From: Candidatus Latescibacterota bacterium | Lineage (GTDB): Bacteria; Latescibacterota; UBA2968 | Reading direction: 5' to 3' | DNA: 64,000 nucleotides | Assembly: GCA_965116885.1 (NCBI GenBank) | Contig: OZ220741.1 | Span: 2,528,001 to 2,592,000, forward strand | Shown: positions 39,543 to 48,944 of the stretch, in pieces | Numbering within the stretch: the stretch's first letter is position 1 | Layout: the number at the start of each line of letters is the position of its first letter | Notes under the pieces: model-generated | The model's input: only the letters and a program-made list of their open reading frames with translations | What the model was told of the DNA's origin: nothing | The model's database searches: none | Program-made: the position numbers and the translations under genes

Positions 39543-40322
39543 TATGGGTACAATGAGAGGAAATTTTTTGACGGGATGGGCAATTTGCTGTACGCGAATA
39601 TCAAATGCATCTGAAACCACGTCTGGCGTCAGTACCTGATCGGGTACACCACTGGCCACTTGTTCGCCATTTTTCAACACATGTACCTCGTCGGCATATT
39701 GGGAAGCTAAGTTGAGGTCGTGCAACACGCAGAGCACACCTGTTTCATTACTGGCCCATTTTCGTGCCAGTTGCAATACCTGATGCTGATGCGATAAATC
39801 CAGGCTTGTCGTTGGTTCGTCCAGCAGCAGATAGCGCCCTGCGGTGAGATGTTTGTCCCAGATTTGAGCCAGTACGCGCGCAAATTGTACCCGCTGTTGC
39901 TCTCCTCCCGATAATGTTGGATAAACGCGCTGTTCCAGGTGCGCCACGCCTACCCGTTTCAAAGCTTTCTGTGCAATCTCATAATCTCGTGCACTTTCTA
40001 TGCCTTTTACGTGTGGGAAGCGCCCCATGAGCACCACGTCTAAAACGCGGAAGGGGAAAGTTAAAAAAGACTGTTGTGGCAAGATCGCGCGCTGTTTCGC
40101 ACAGTCAACAGGTGTTAAATCGGCAATTGGACATCCATCTATCCAGATCGTTCCCTCAGAGGGGATCCATTCACCACACATCACTTTTACCAATGTGGAT
40201 TTGCCCGCGCCATTTGGCCCGAGCACAGCCACAACTTTGCCCGGTGCGATCTGGATCGAAACGCGTTTGAGCAGATAGTGCCCATCAATCAGAACAGAAA
40301 CCTGACGCGCTTCAAACATCAA
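39540..40322 (-). CDS. hmuV: Heme ABC transporter ATPase
   Basis: GPNGAGKST, YPTLSGGEQQRVQFARVLAQIW, LLLDEPT. Confidence 0.92.
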   Translation of the reverse strand: MMFEARQVSVLIDGHYLLKRVSIQIAPGKVVAVLGPNGAGKSTLVKVMCGEWIPSEGTIWIDGCPIADLTPVDCAKQRAILPQQSFLTFPFRVLDVVLMGRFPHVKGIESARDYEIAQKALKRVGVAHLEQRVYPTLSGGEQQRVQFARVLAQIWDKHLTAGRYLLLDEPTTSLDLSHQHQVLQLARKWASNETGVLCVLHDLNLASQYADEVHVLKNGEQVASGVPDQVLTPDVVSDAFDIRVQQIAHPVKKFPLIVPI

Positions 40323-41419
40323 AATACCTGTCGGTTGCGGTTTTGTAGCAATAAAAAGAGGAAAAAGGGTACGCCGATGACTGCGGTTACAATGCCTATG
40401 GGCAATTCGGCAGGTGCGACAAGCGTGCGTGCTACCAGATCAGCGGCCATCAATAGAGAAGCCCCCAGGAGTGCTGCTCCAGGGATTAAGTAGCGATGAT
40501 CTGGCCCAATTGACAACCGCAGAAGGTGCGGCACCACCAGGCCGACAAATCCGATTATGCCCACCACAGAAACCGATGCGCCCACAGCGAGCGCGGCCAG
40601 TGTCACCACTTCGCGCTTCATGCGTTCGATAGATACGCCCAGATGTCTGGCTTCGGCTTCGCCCAATAAAAAGATGTTGAGCGCGCGTCCATAGAGACCG
40701 AGCAAACAGACCGATATAATAATAAAAGGCGTTACCACGCTCACTGATGTCCAGGTCGCGCCACCCATGTTGCCCATGCTCCAGAATGTGATATTGCGCA
40801 ACTGGGCATCTGTTGCCACAAATGTCAATAAACCGGTTAATGCACCGCTCAACGCATTGATGGCTATGCCGGCCAATAGCATTGTTGCCACAGCTACGCG
40901 TCCACTTGTCGCGGACAATTGATAGACCAGTAGTGTTGCAGCGACTCCACCGATAAATGCGGCAATGGGCAGTGTAAAGATGCCCAAAATCTCCGAGAGG
41001 CCCTTCAATACAGTCGCGCCCAGGACAATCACCGATACCGCAGCTAATGCGGCGCCACTTGACACGCCTATCAAACCGGGGTCGGCCAATGGGTTGCGGA
41101 AAAGCCCCTGCATGGCAGCGCCTGATACAGCCAATCCGGCTCCGACGAGCACGTTCAAAAGGACTCTCGGCAGCCGAATGGCGACGACAACGGCTTCCTG
41201 GTGCGATTGAAATGTTTGCTCAACAGAAAACCCCATTCGTTTTGCAAAGATCGACAGAATCTGTGTAGGTGTAACGGATACTGCGCCAATGCCCACCGAG
41301 GCCACTACCAGTACGCATAGCAATACGCACAGTGCCAGCAATATCAGAGAAGTTCGTTTTATTTGTAAGCGAGAAATGCGAATACCATCCCGTTGTAAAA
41401 CTGTTGGTGCCGCGCTCAT
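40319..41419 (-). CDS. hmuU: Heme ABC transporter permease
   Basis: IRLPR, QGLFRNPLADP, IGFVGLVVPH, PAELPIG. Confidence 0.9.
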   Translation of the reverse strand: MSAAPTVLQRDGIRISRLQIKRTSLILLALCVLLCVLVVASVGIGAVSVTPTQILSIFAKRMGFSVEQTFQSHQEAVVVAIRLPRVLLNVLVGAGLAVSGAAMQGLFRNPLADPGLIGVSSGAALAAVSVIVLGATVLKGLSEILGIFTLPIAAFIGGVAATLLVYQLSATSGRVAVATMLLAGIAINALSGALTGLLTFVATDAQLRNITFWSMGNMGGATWTSVSVVTPFIIISVCLLGLYGRALNIFLLGEAEARHLGVSIERMKREVVTLAALAVGASVSVVGIIGFVGLVVPHLLRLSIGPDHRYLIPGAALLGASLLMAADLVARTLVAPAELPIGIVTAVIGVPFFLFLLLQNRNRQVF

Positions 41420-42273
41420 GACCCATCTTTCAATTGTGGGTGTAATAGATGAGACAGGTCGCGCACCGCATCGGCCAATCGGGGACCGAATCCCAACAGA
41501 TAAATGCCATTCATCGTCACAATGCGCCGTTTCTGTCCCGCCGGTGTCAATGCTACGCCGGGTACTTTGAGCAGGTCATTCTCACCGCCCAGACTTTCCA
41601 GCCCACTGTCGAGCATCAAAATGACATCGGGTGCAGCAGCGACTAATGCCTCAGATGTTAAAGGTTTATATCCGTCGTATTCGGTCACGGCATTTACGCC
41701 ACCTGCCAAGTTGATCACGGCATCGGCAGATGTATTTTTCCCCGATACTAACATTGTGCCCTGCCCCCGTGCATAGATAAATAATACGCGGGGATGAAGA
41801 GATACTTTCGCGAGCAATTGGCGCGTTTGCTGCATATTGTCAGATAATTTTTGTGCGAGAGCCTCCCCTTTTTCCGTCTTTTTTATTGCGCTGGCAATCA
41901 CACGGATCTTTGTTAAAGCTACATCTACGGTATGTGAGTCGGGCAGTACCACTACCCGTACGTCGGCCTGGCGAATTTGTTCCAGAGCCGCGGGTGGTCC
42001 AGCATCTGCACTGGCCAATACCAGGGTTGGGTTTAGAGACAATACGCCTTCGGCTGAGAGCCGGCGCTGGTATCCCACTTTGGGCAGGGATGTCGCGGCT
42101 TCGGGATATTGGCTGGATGTATCTACACCTACCAGGAGTGAATCGGCGGCGAGTGCGTACACAATCTCTGTGACGTCGCCACCTACCGATACGACGCGCT
42201 GTACGTGTTCATCGGTATGGCCTTGTGTGAATAATCCACAACACAGGATTAGAAGAATGATTACGCGACGCAT
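41416..42273 (-). CDS. hmuT: Heme ABC transporter substrate-binding protein
   Basis: GGDVTEIVYAL, VGYQRRLSAEG (Tyr ligand), LLGFGPR. Confidence 0.9.
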   Translation of the reverse strand: MRRVIILLILCCGLFTQGHTDEHVQRVVSVGGDVTEIVYALAADSLLVGVDTSSQYPEAATSLPKVGYQRRLSAEGVLSLNPTLVLASADAGPPAALEQIRQADVRVVVLPDSHTVDVALTKIRVIASAIKKTEKGEALAQKLSDNMQQTRQLLAKVSLHPRVLFIYARGQGTMLVSGKNTSADAVINLAGGVNAVTEYDGYKPLTSEALVAAAPDVILMLDSGLESLGGENDLLKVPGVALTPAGQKRRIVTMNGIYLLGFGPRLADAVRDLSHLLHPQLKDGS

Positions 42274-42596
42274 TAGACCGTCTCCTTGCGCTCAGAGTCC
42301 AGAAAAACCTCGTGAATCTCCAATTGGTTTGAACCTGTAAACGCCTCTTTGGGTAATGATCCCGACCTGGCATGGCCTTTTTGGAATGCCTCGGAATTGA
42401 CCCAATTTTTGAAATGTTCGTGCGATTCCCAAAAGGTGAGCACGATATAGGGATGATCCTTTTTTTTGGGTCTTAATACTTTGTTGGAGATAAAACCCGG
42501 CATGCCATCCACCAGGTGTGCTCGATTGCGAAAACGCTCTTCAAACTGCTCGGCGTATTCTGGATTTACAAAGATGCGATTGGCAACAGCTATCAT
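42273..42596 (-). CDS. IsdG/HmoA-like heme-degrading monooxygenase (ABM domain)
   Basis: N at residue 6, FEERF..R, PGF, W.S...F..W..S.AF..GH (Asn/Trp/His triad pattern); heme operon context. Confidence 0.8.
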   Translation of the reverse strand: MIAVANRIFVNPEYAEQFEERFRNRAHLVDGMPGFISNKVLRPKKKDHPYIVLTFWESHEHFKNWVNSEAFQKGHARSGSLPKEAFTGSNQLEIHEVFLDSERKETV

Positions 42597-42622
42597 AACA
42601 GACCTCCTGTCTCGTGTTTCAA

Positions 42623-43387
42623 TTACCGAAGCGAGCGCGTCCCGTCGGGTTGAAACGTGTAAGTGAAATTGTAAAAACGCGATTGTGCACCAGCGGATGG
42701 TATTGCGCCACCGCCTTTGTAATAGCTCGTAAATTTGAGCTTGGCATAACGTCTATCTGCGGTGCGTATAATCAGTACGACCCCTGGATTCATCAGGATG
42801 GCATGAGGTGGAAAACCCTCAGGCCCGGTATATGTGTACCATGCTCTGCCGATAGCGGGTAATCCGGTCTGGTCCTGTACATATCCCGATTCAGGCACTG
42901 TGGAAAGGGTATCGTAGTCTGTTGCCGTGAGCGCGATTGCACCGCCTTGACCGGGACCACTGCTGCCGCTGTTGGTTAAGACGGTCGTGGATTTAAACGC
43001 GAGATCCCATTTTGTGGAATTGGAATCTGCCGGTGATACAATGGCACTGTCTCGAAGGCTGTAATACGTGAAGACGTCCTTCCTGTCCGGATCGGCGGGA
43101 ATATCCCGAACGACCACTTCTGTTAGCGTTGTAATGGGCGCAGGGGCTGGCGCGGCTTCACTGCCGAATACCTGGACAAAGAGTAAGAAGTCTGCAAAAT
43201 CAACCGTTCCATTGTTGTCGAGGTCATATAAGGCCTCTGTTGTGCCAAAAGCCTGGGCAAACTGGAGAAAGTCGGGGAAATCGACTGTGCCACTGCCGTC
43301 AAAATCGGCATTGGACGGTGTTTGTGCCAGGGCTGGCGCTGTTGCTAAAACAAAAATACAAAGGGCCAGCAAGTTTAGAGTTTTCAC
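42623..43387 (-). CDS. HmuY-family hemophore with N-terminal dockerin/EF-hand pair
   Basis: Signal peptide; DFDGSGTVDFPDF and DLDNNGTVDFADF; WDLAF, NSGSSGPGQGG, WYTY, IRTADRRYAKL..SYY. Confidence 0.8.
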   Translation of the reverse strand: MKTLNLLALCIFVLATAPALAQTPSNADFDGSGTVDFPDFLQFAQAFGTTEALYDLDNNGTVDFADFLLFVQVFGSEAAPAPAPITTLTEVVVRDIPADPDRKDVFTYYSLRDSAIVSPADSNSTKWDLAFKSTTVLTNSGSSGPGQGGAIALTATDYDTLSTVPESGYVQDQTGLPAIGRAWYTYTGPEGFPPHAILMNPGVVLIIRTADRRYAKLKFTSYYKGGGAIPSAGAQSRFYNFTYTFQPDGTRSLR

Positions 43388-43417
43388 GACGGTATCCTCC
43401 CTGAAAATTTGAAGTGA

Positions 43418-45748
43418 TTAGAAGCTCTTTGTCAATCCCACATAGAGTGTTCGCCCGGGCAGTGAAGGGGTGTAGTCCAGTCGTTTTTCATCGAATATGT
43501 TGTCGATGCCCAATTGAACTGTCGCGACTTTGCGTATGTGTTGGGATATGGAGATGTGCCAGAGGTCATAACCCGGTGCATATTCTTCTGGTGCGTCTAA
43601 GATGGTATTTAAGTTGCGGTCGCGATAACCGTATCGCCCTCGATAAACACCGCGCAAACTTCCACTAAAACCGAGTTTCTCATTGTGAAAAAAGAATCGC
43701 ATCGTGGCCATGTGTTTTGAGCGATTGTACAAACCGCCGTATTCGGATATTTCAACGTGGCGCAGCTTGTTGGTTTCTGTGTCAATTTTTACAATTTGAT
43801 CGGCTTCGATTTTGTCCAGGACTTCTTCGTCTCCGGTTTCCAAATACTGATAGCCCGCGGATAAGGTTACGCTTGAGAATGGGCGTAGCGTGAGGTCGCT
43901 TTCTATGCCTTTTGTAAAGACGCGATTGAGGTTGAAATAGGTATAGACACTCTGCCCGCTCATTTTGCGCGCGATGGGCGAGGCTTCAATGAGGTCCTGT
44001 ACGTTATTGCGGAAGAAATTGATTTTGGCGGATATACTGCGTAGGGGGGCGATTTCAATGCCTCCGTTATATGAAACCGCACTTTCAGCGCGAATCTGTT
44101 CCAGTGATTCAACATCTTGCAAGATGGCGGCAATACGGCCTTCGCGTTGTAGTAATGCCAGGCCTTCGTGCATGTATGTCGATCCCAACACGGAATAACC
44201 CACGGAGGGATTTGTAAAATCCAGATACAATTGCTGAAAGGTAGGTGCTTTGAAACCGCTGCCGATAGAGGCGCGGAGGCGCAGAGAGGGTATCGGTTTG
44301 ATGAGGAGTGCTGCTTTGGGGCTTAAACGGGTTGCGTAATCGCTGTGTGCATCAATGCGTCCGCTGAGGACGATGTTGAGATAGGTGGTGGGCAACCATT
44401 CTTCTTGGAGAAAAGCAAAGGCATTTTGCGAGGTTTGCCGTCCACCTGTGATGCGGTCTGCTTTGACCGATTCCCAAATGCCTCCTGCGCCCATTGTGAT
44501 GAGATTTGTTTTTCTCAAGAGCTTTTGGGCCTGTACTTCGGCTTTGTGATAGGTTTGGGCAAAGGTTGAGGCAGAGTAGGTCTCGCCGCTGTTGCGATAG
44601 GTGAGTTCGCTTTTGGTATGGTACCTGGTGGTATAAAATTTTCCCGTTATCTGGAAATCGGGTGTCCATTGAAAGACGATTTTGGGATTGATATTCCAAT
44701 CCGTCAGTCGCGCATCACTGTGGATGGCCTCTATCGCACCGTTTGAGTAGATCTCATCCAGGTTGTACTGGTCTTCTACAAATACCCGCGCTGCAAGCGA
44801 TAGCGTGGTTCGTTGATTGGGGCGGTAAACGATTTTGGGATTTAACGTGTAGGTGACATATTCAGGTGTGGTTGGAGAAATCGTTTCGGGGGTGTGGTCA
44901 TATCCGTCACTTTGGCCTCTGTCAATAAAGAATGAGGTTCCAAGCTCGCGTTGGTGGGTTTCTAATTCGCCGGTGATATTCAAGGAGCCGAAGCTGCCAT
45001 AGCGCGGACGCACAGATATGGAGAATGGTTTTTCAGGCATTCGCGTGATGAGGTTAATCACACCGGCGAGTGCCTCACTGCCATAGAGGGATGATGTAGG
45101 CCCTTTGACGATTTCTACTTGCTCGAGATTGTTCACCAAAAAGCGGTCCAGGTCGAGCGTTCCCGCTGTGCGGCCGATAATGGGTTCGCCATCCAGGAGA
45201 ATAAGCGTATAATCGGGGTCAAAGCCCTGCATCTGTACGCCCATGCCGTGATCTGATATGACGGCCAGCCCGGTTTGTTCTGCCAACAAGCCTCTCAGAT
45301 TTATTACGCCAGAGGCATCAATTTCTCGTTTGGTAATGACCTGCGTTTGGATGGGCGCATTTTCGACTTTGCGAGATGATTTGGTGCCTGTGACAACAAT
45401 CGGCGGTAATGCAATATTCTCGGGTGTCAACATGATGGTCATTCGAGCGGTGGTGTTTGTCGAGATTTTTATCTCTTTTTTTGTGGGATGATATCCTACC
45501 AGACGCGCTATTAGGACGTAATCACCAGCCGGCACATTGTTGAAAGAAAATCGTCCTGTCGATGAACTCACAGTTCCCAATGATGTATTTGCAATGGTGA
45601 TATTCACATTGGACAACGGCGTTCTTTCAGATGTTTGCACCACTCCTTGAATCCGACCTGTTTCATGTTTTGCAGCGACGGCATTGCATTGCCAGGTCAG
45701 GAAGAGGAGCGGTCCAATCCATTTCATTCCATTCATTATGTATCTCAT
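43418..45748 (-). CDS. TonB-dependent receptor (heme, HmuR-like) with N-terminal carboxypeptidase-regulatory-like domain
   Basis: IVVTGT, EIVKGPTSSLYGSEALAGVINLIT, GFKAP, GIDNIFD, terminal F. Confidence 0.92.
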   Translation of the reverse strand: MRYIMNGMKWIGPLLFLTWQCNAVAAKHETGRIQGVVQTSERTPLSNVNITIANTSLGTVSSSTGRFSFNNVPAGDYVLIARLVGYHPTKKEIKISTNTTARMTIMLTPENIALPPIVVTGTKSSRKVENAPIQTQVITKREIDASGVINLRGLLAEQTGLAVISDHGMGVQMQGFDPDYTLILLDGEPIIGRTAGTLDLDRFLVNNLEQVEIVKGPTSSLYGSEALAGVINLITRMPEKPFSISVRPRYGSFGSLNITGELETHQRELGTSFFIDRGQSDGYDHTPETISPTTPEYVTYTLNPKIVYRPNQRTTLSLAARVFVEDQYNLDEIYSNGAIEAIHSDARLTDWNINPKIVFQWTPDFQITGKFYTTRYHTKSELTYRNSGETYSASTFAQTYHKAEVQAQKLLRKTNLITMGAGGIWESVKADRITGGRQTSQNAFAFLQEEWLPTTYLNIVLSGRIDAHSDYATRLSPKAALLIKPIPSLRLRASIGSGFKAPTFQQLYLDFTNPSVGYSVLGSTYMHEGLALLQREGRIAAILQDVESLEQIRAESAVSYNGGIEIAPLRSISAKINFFRNNVQDLIEASPIARKMSGQSVYTYFNLNRVFTKGIESDLTLRPFSSVTLSAGYQYLETGDEEVLDKIEADQIVKIDTETNKLRHVEISEYGGLYNRSKHMATMRFFFHNEKLGFSGSLRGVYRGRYGYRDRNLNTILDAPEEYAPGYDLWHISISQHIRKVATVQLGIDNIFDEKRLDYTPSLPGRTLYVGLTKSF

Positions 45749-45792
45749 AAGAGCCTCTTTTCCAGGTATTTGCTGCTGGAAATAGTGTTGGT

Positions 45793-46212
45793 TTAGTTGA
45801 GATGAATCTGCTGCGGGTTGTGATGTATTTGAGGCAAGGGGGGTAGTATTGCACCCGAGAAATCATCGCATTCTTTTTGTATGGGCAAAATGTCTGCAAT
45901 CTCGCAGTCTTCGATAAATTCCAGGCGTTCCTGGGCGCTGGCGAGACTGTCGCTCATAAGGCAAAATTCATCTGTGGGGAGCACCAGCGTTGTTGAGCCA
46001 TAATTGACCGTAATATGTGATGCCTCAATCGTGCCCTGTTCGACCTGACTGTGTATTGCAAAAATTGATTGACACAATTTGGCGAAGCAAGTCAGGCACA
46101 TGCAGATGTTGACATAGCCGTAAAAGAGGCAAATGTGGTCTTCTTTGTAGCGATATACACAGATTGGATGTGTGCCTTCGGTGTTGTTCGCCAGGATTTG
46201 TGAATTGTCCAT
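45793..46212 (-). CDS. Hypothetical Cys/His-rich protein with internal duplication
   Basis: GGAGG RBS before ATG 46212; two H-I-x-[LV]-x-YG...F..[LM]..S units. Confidence 0.6.
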   Translation of the reverse strand: MDNSQILANNTEGTHPICVYRYKEDHICLFYGYVNICMCLTCFAKLCQSIFAIHSQVEQGTIEASHITVNYGSTTLVLPTDEFCLMSDSLASAQERLEFIEDCEIADILPIQKECDDFSGAILPPLPQIHHNPQQIHLN

Positions 46213-46377
46213 GGTGTGTTCCTCCAAATAGATGGATTGTGAGAATTTTGGTTGCATGCATGTATGAGATTTATTTTTTTTAATATGCTGCGCCTCCTTT
46301 GAGGTGTGGCTCTCTGCCATCGGTTTTCTGCTTTGACGGGCGATAACCGGTGGCATTTTTGTTTTTTGTGCAGAACG

Positions 46378-47763
46378 CTACAAGGATTGCAAAAAGGCGA
46401 GCAATGCGTCGCGGTCTGTTTTGGATAAGTTTCGCACGGCTTCGCGCGATTGTTCGGCTTCGCCGCCGTGAAACATAATGGCTTCGAGCAAGGTTCTGGC
46501 TCTGCCATCGTGTAAGTAGGCTGGAACGCCGCTGACGGTTTCCGTGAGTCCAATGCCCCACAGTGGGGGCGTTTTCCACTCGCGGCCATCGGCTTCGTAG
46601 TCCGGGCGATTATCGGCGAGGGCTTCGCCCATGTCGTGGAGCAACAAATCTGTGTAGGGGTGAATGATTTGATCCGATAGTGACGAGATGCTGTGGCTGC
46701 CTGTTTTGAATGTGGTGGTATGGCAACTTGCACAACCGGTTGATTCAAAGAGTGCTTCGCCTCGCAATGTCTGTGGGTCGTCCCACAGACGTCGTGCGGG
46801 TACGGCGAGTGTTTGTAAGTAAAATGTGGTGATGTCCAGTGTCTCCTGTAGGATTTCCGGATCGTCGTTGCGGCCGTCGTGCTGGGGTTGTCCCAGGACG
46901 GATTCCCGAGGGAAATAGGGGTTGGTAACGCCCATGTCTTCGTTGTATGCGCCAGCGGTCTGTTGCAAGAGATCGGGGTTGTTGGCTTTTAGTCCAAAGC
47001 GCCCCAGTTCCATTTGGCCCGTTCGGAAATTGTACACGTAATTGGGGCGGCCCGATATGCCGTCCCGGTTGGCATCTCCGGGATCTGATAGGGCGAGGAT
47101 ATCGGCCTCGGGGATGGCTTCCAGGAGGCCGCGTCCAAATACGGGCGGGGCCATGCGCGCGGACAGGAGTACGCCAGCGGGCAGTGGTTGATATGCGTCA
47201 ACAATGGTGTAGATGGGGTGTTTTAAGTAAACCTGTTCGCCATCGGATAGGGTTTCCGTTGTTTCGTAAAAGCTGACTTGAACACGCGCTTCGAGTGCGA
47301 CGCCATAGTTTGAGCGGTCGCCGAGTTGGACGCCAAAGCCGGGGACAGGTACAGGGCCGCCGTGTGGGGTGAATCCGGGCAGGCTGACGCGCATGAGCAT
47401 GGAGCCGACAAAGGGTGGTTCAGCGCCAAATGCACCGCGTCCCCGTCCGTCGCGCAGATGACATCCCACGCAAGAGGTGTGACTAAATACGGGACCCAGG
47501 CCGGGGTTGACGTCTGCAGGAGCCGTGACAAAGACCTGTTCAAAGGCGAAATCCCCCGCAAAAAATTGGTCGAGTTCGTCGGGTGAGAGTGTTGGTATGG
47601 GCATTTCAAAAGCCTGGCTGGATGCGTCGAAGACGGTTGCCGCCTCCCCGCCAGATAGGGCACTGTCCTCTGAGGGAGTAGGCTCAACTGGATTTTTGCT
47701 GCTACACGCAGAGAAGAACAGCATTGCAGCTATGGTGGATAAAATATGGCGATCTATTTTCAT
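46378..47763 (-). CDS. Di-heme oxidoreductase family lipoprotein (DUF1111)
   Basis: Lipobox FSAC; CVGCH and CASCH; GLGP, YTDLLLHDMG, TPPLWGIG, YLHDGRARTL. Confidence 0.9.
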   Translation of the reverse strand: MKIDRHILSTIAAMLFFSACSSKNPVEPTPSEDSALSGGEAATVFDASSQAFEMPIPTLSPDELDQFFAGDFAFEQVFVTAPADVNPGLGPVFSHTSCVGCHLRDGRGRGAFGAEPPFVGSMLMRVSLPGFTPHGGPVPVPGFGVQLGDRSNYGVALEARVQVSFYETTETLSDGEQVYLKHPIYTIVDAYQPLPAGVLLSARMAPPVFGRGLLEAIPEADILALSDPGDANRDGISGRPNYVYNFRTGQMELGRFGLKANNPDLLQQTAGAYNEDMGVTNPYFPRESVLGQPQHDGRNDDPEILQETLDITTFYLQTLAVPARRLWDDPQTLRGEALFESTGCASCHTTTFKTGSHSISSLSDQIIHPYTDLLLHDMGEALADNRPDYEADGREWKTPPLWGIGLTETVSGVPAYLHDGRARTLLEAIMFHGGEAEQSREAVRNLSKTDRDALLAFLQSL

Positions 47764-47855
47764 AATTCACTAAAGACACTGAACAGTTCACGACGCGAAG
47801 AATAGCCTGCCCAACCCTACCTCAGGACGGAGGAGTTGGACAATGCAAGATCTGG

Positions 47856-48926
47856 CTACTGTTCTGCTACTACGAGAGACATAACATCCCCTTCGAGCGT
47901 TTGTTGCAAGGTTGCAATGGCCTGTTGTGCCGCTGTTATTTGTGCGGCATCGGTGGCGAGGGCGTCGCGGAATGGGAAGGAGATTTTGCCAATTTCTGTG
48001 ATGGTCGCCTGAATTTCCGCTTTGACACGCTGGTCGAGGGCGGAGTTTTTGCTTTTGATAAATTCATCGAGGCCCATTGCTTCAACATTGTGTCCCCCTT
48101 CATAAACATTTTGAATGCTGCGCATGTTGTCTTGAAAATCGAGGAGGGAGTTAAAGCTGAATTGCGATTCCACCAGGCGCGTGTCTTGTTCGGTAAAGGG
48201 ATCGGCTATTTTGCCGTTTCCGACTTCGTCGGCAATGCCAACCATGCCGTTGACCATTTCCTGGACAGCGGCTTTTTGCGTAGTGTAGGCACTGCTCCCC
48301 GCGCCGGCATTGACCACCTGTGCGCGGAAGTTTTCGCCCGAGGCTATCCAACTCGTGTGCAGTGCTACTGCCGCATCTACGAGCAATTCTGTTGCCGCGA
48401 TCAAATAATCGTATTGACGCGGGGTAAAGTCGTCGATGGTTTTGCGGCTGCCCTCGTCAAAGAGCAAAAATTCAATGGTATGAAATCCTTTGAGTTCGTT
48501 GGCGAGGTTGTTGACGGATGTTTTGGTGAGGGGATCGTTGCTGCCCAGGACACCTTCGAGGTCTGTGCGGTTGACCGGCCAGGAATCCAGCGCGGGATCA
48601 TAGCCGCTAAAATCAACGGGTCCGAACAAAAAACCCTCGCTTTGTTCCCAGGGAATACGCGATGCTACCCATTTTGCTCGGGCGGTTGCCAGCGTAGCTG
48701 TCGAGGGATTGTTCTTGAGATTGTTCACCGCGGCGAGGAGATCTCTGGCGGCGGTGTCGAGGTGTTTGTAGGTCGGGATGACTGTTTTGTCGGCAAAGTC
48801 TGCCAAGATGGGTGAAAAATCGTATCCGGGATCGGGTTCTGGTTCTGGCGCGACCGGGCTTGCACCCTTGCTGCTGCATGCCGCGAGGGATAGGGCGAGG
48901 ATGATACTGAGGGTAATGTGTTTCAT
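47856..48926 (-). CDS. Imelysin/IrpA family iron-regulated lipoprotein
   Basis: Lipobox LAAC; WEQSE.F.FGP, DSWP, KGFHTIEFLLF (GxHxxE), ESQFSFNS. Confidence 0.9.
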   Translation of the reverse strand: MKHITLSIILALSLAACSSKGASPVAPEPEPDPGYDFSPILADFADKTVIPTYKHLDTAARDLLAAVNNLKNNPSTATLATARAKWVASRIPWEQSEGFLFGPVDFSGYDPALDSWPVNRTDLEGVLGSNDPLTKTSVNNLANELKGFHTIEFLLFDEGSRKTIDDFTPRQYDYLIAATELLVDAAVALHTSWIASGENFRAQVVNAGAGSSAYTTQKAAVQEMVNGMVGIADEVGNGKIADPFTEQDTRLVESQFSFNSLLDFQDNMRSIQNVYEGGHNVEAMGLDEFIKSKNSALDQRVKAEIQATITEIGKISFPFRDALATDAAQITAAQQAIATLQQTLEGDVMSLVVAEQ

Positions 48927-48944
48927 GGTGATTCTCCTTAAAAG

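Noticed and set aside
47793..47845. Fourth antisense unit between imelysin and DUF1111
   Set aside because: Wobbles favour the mRNA (minus) strand and there is no U-tract or promoter; likely an mRNA-stabilising hairpin
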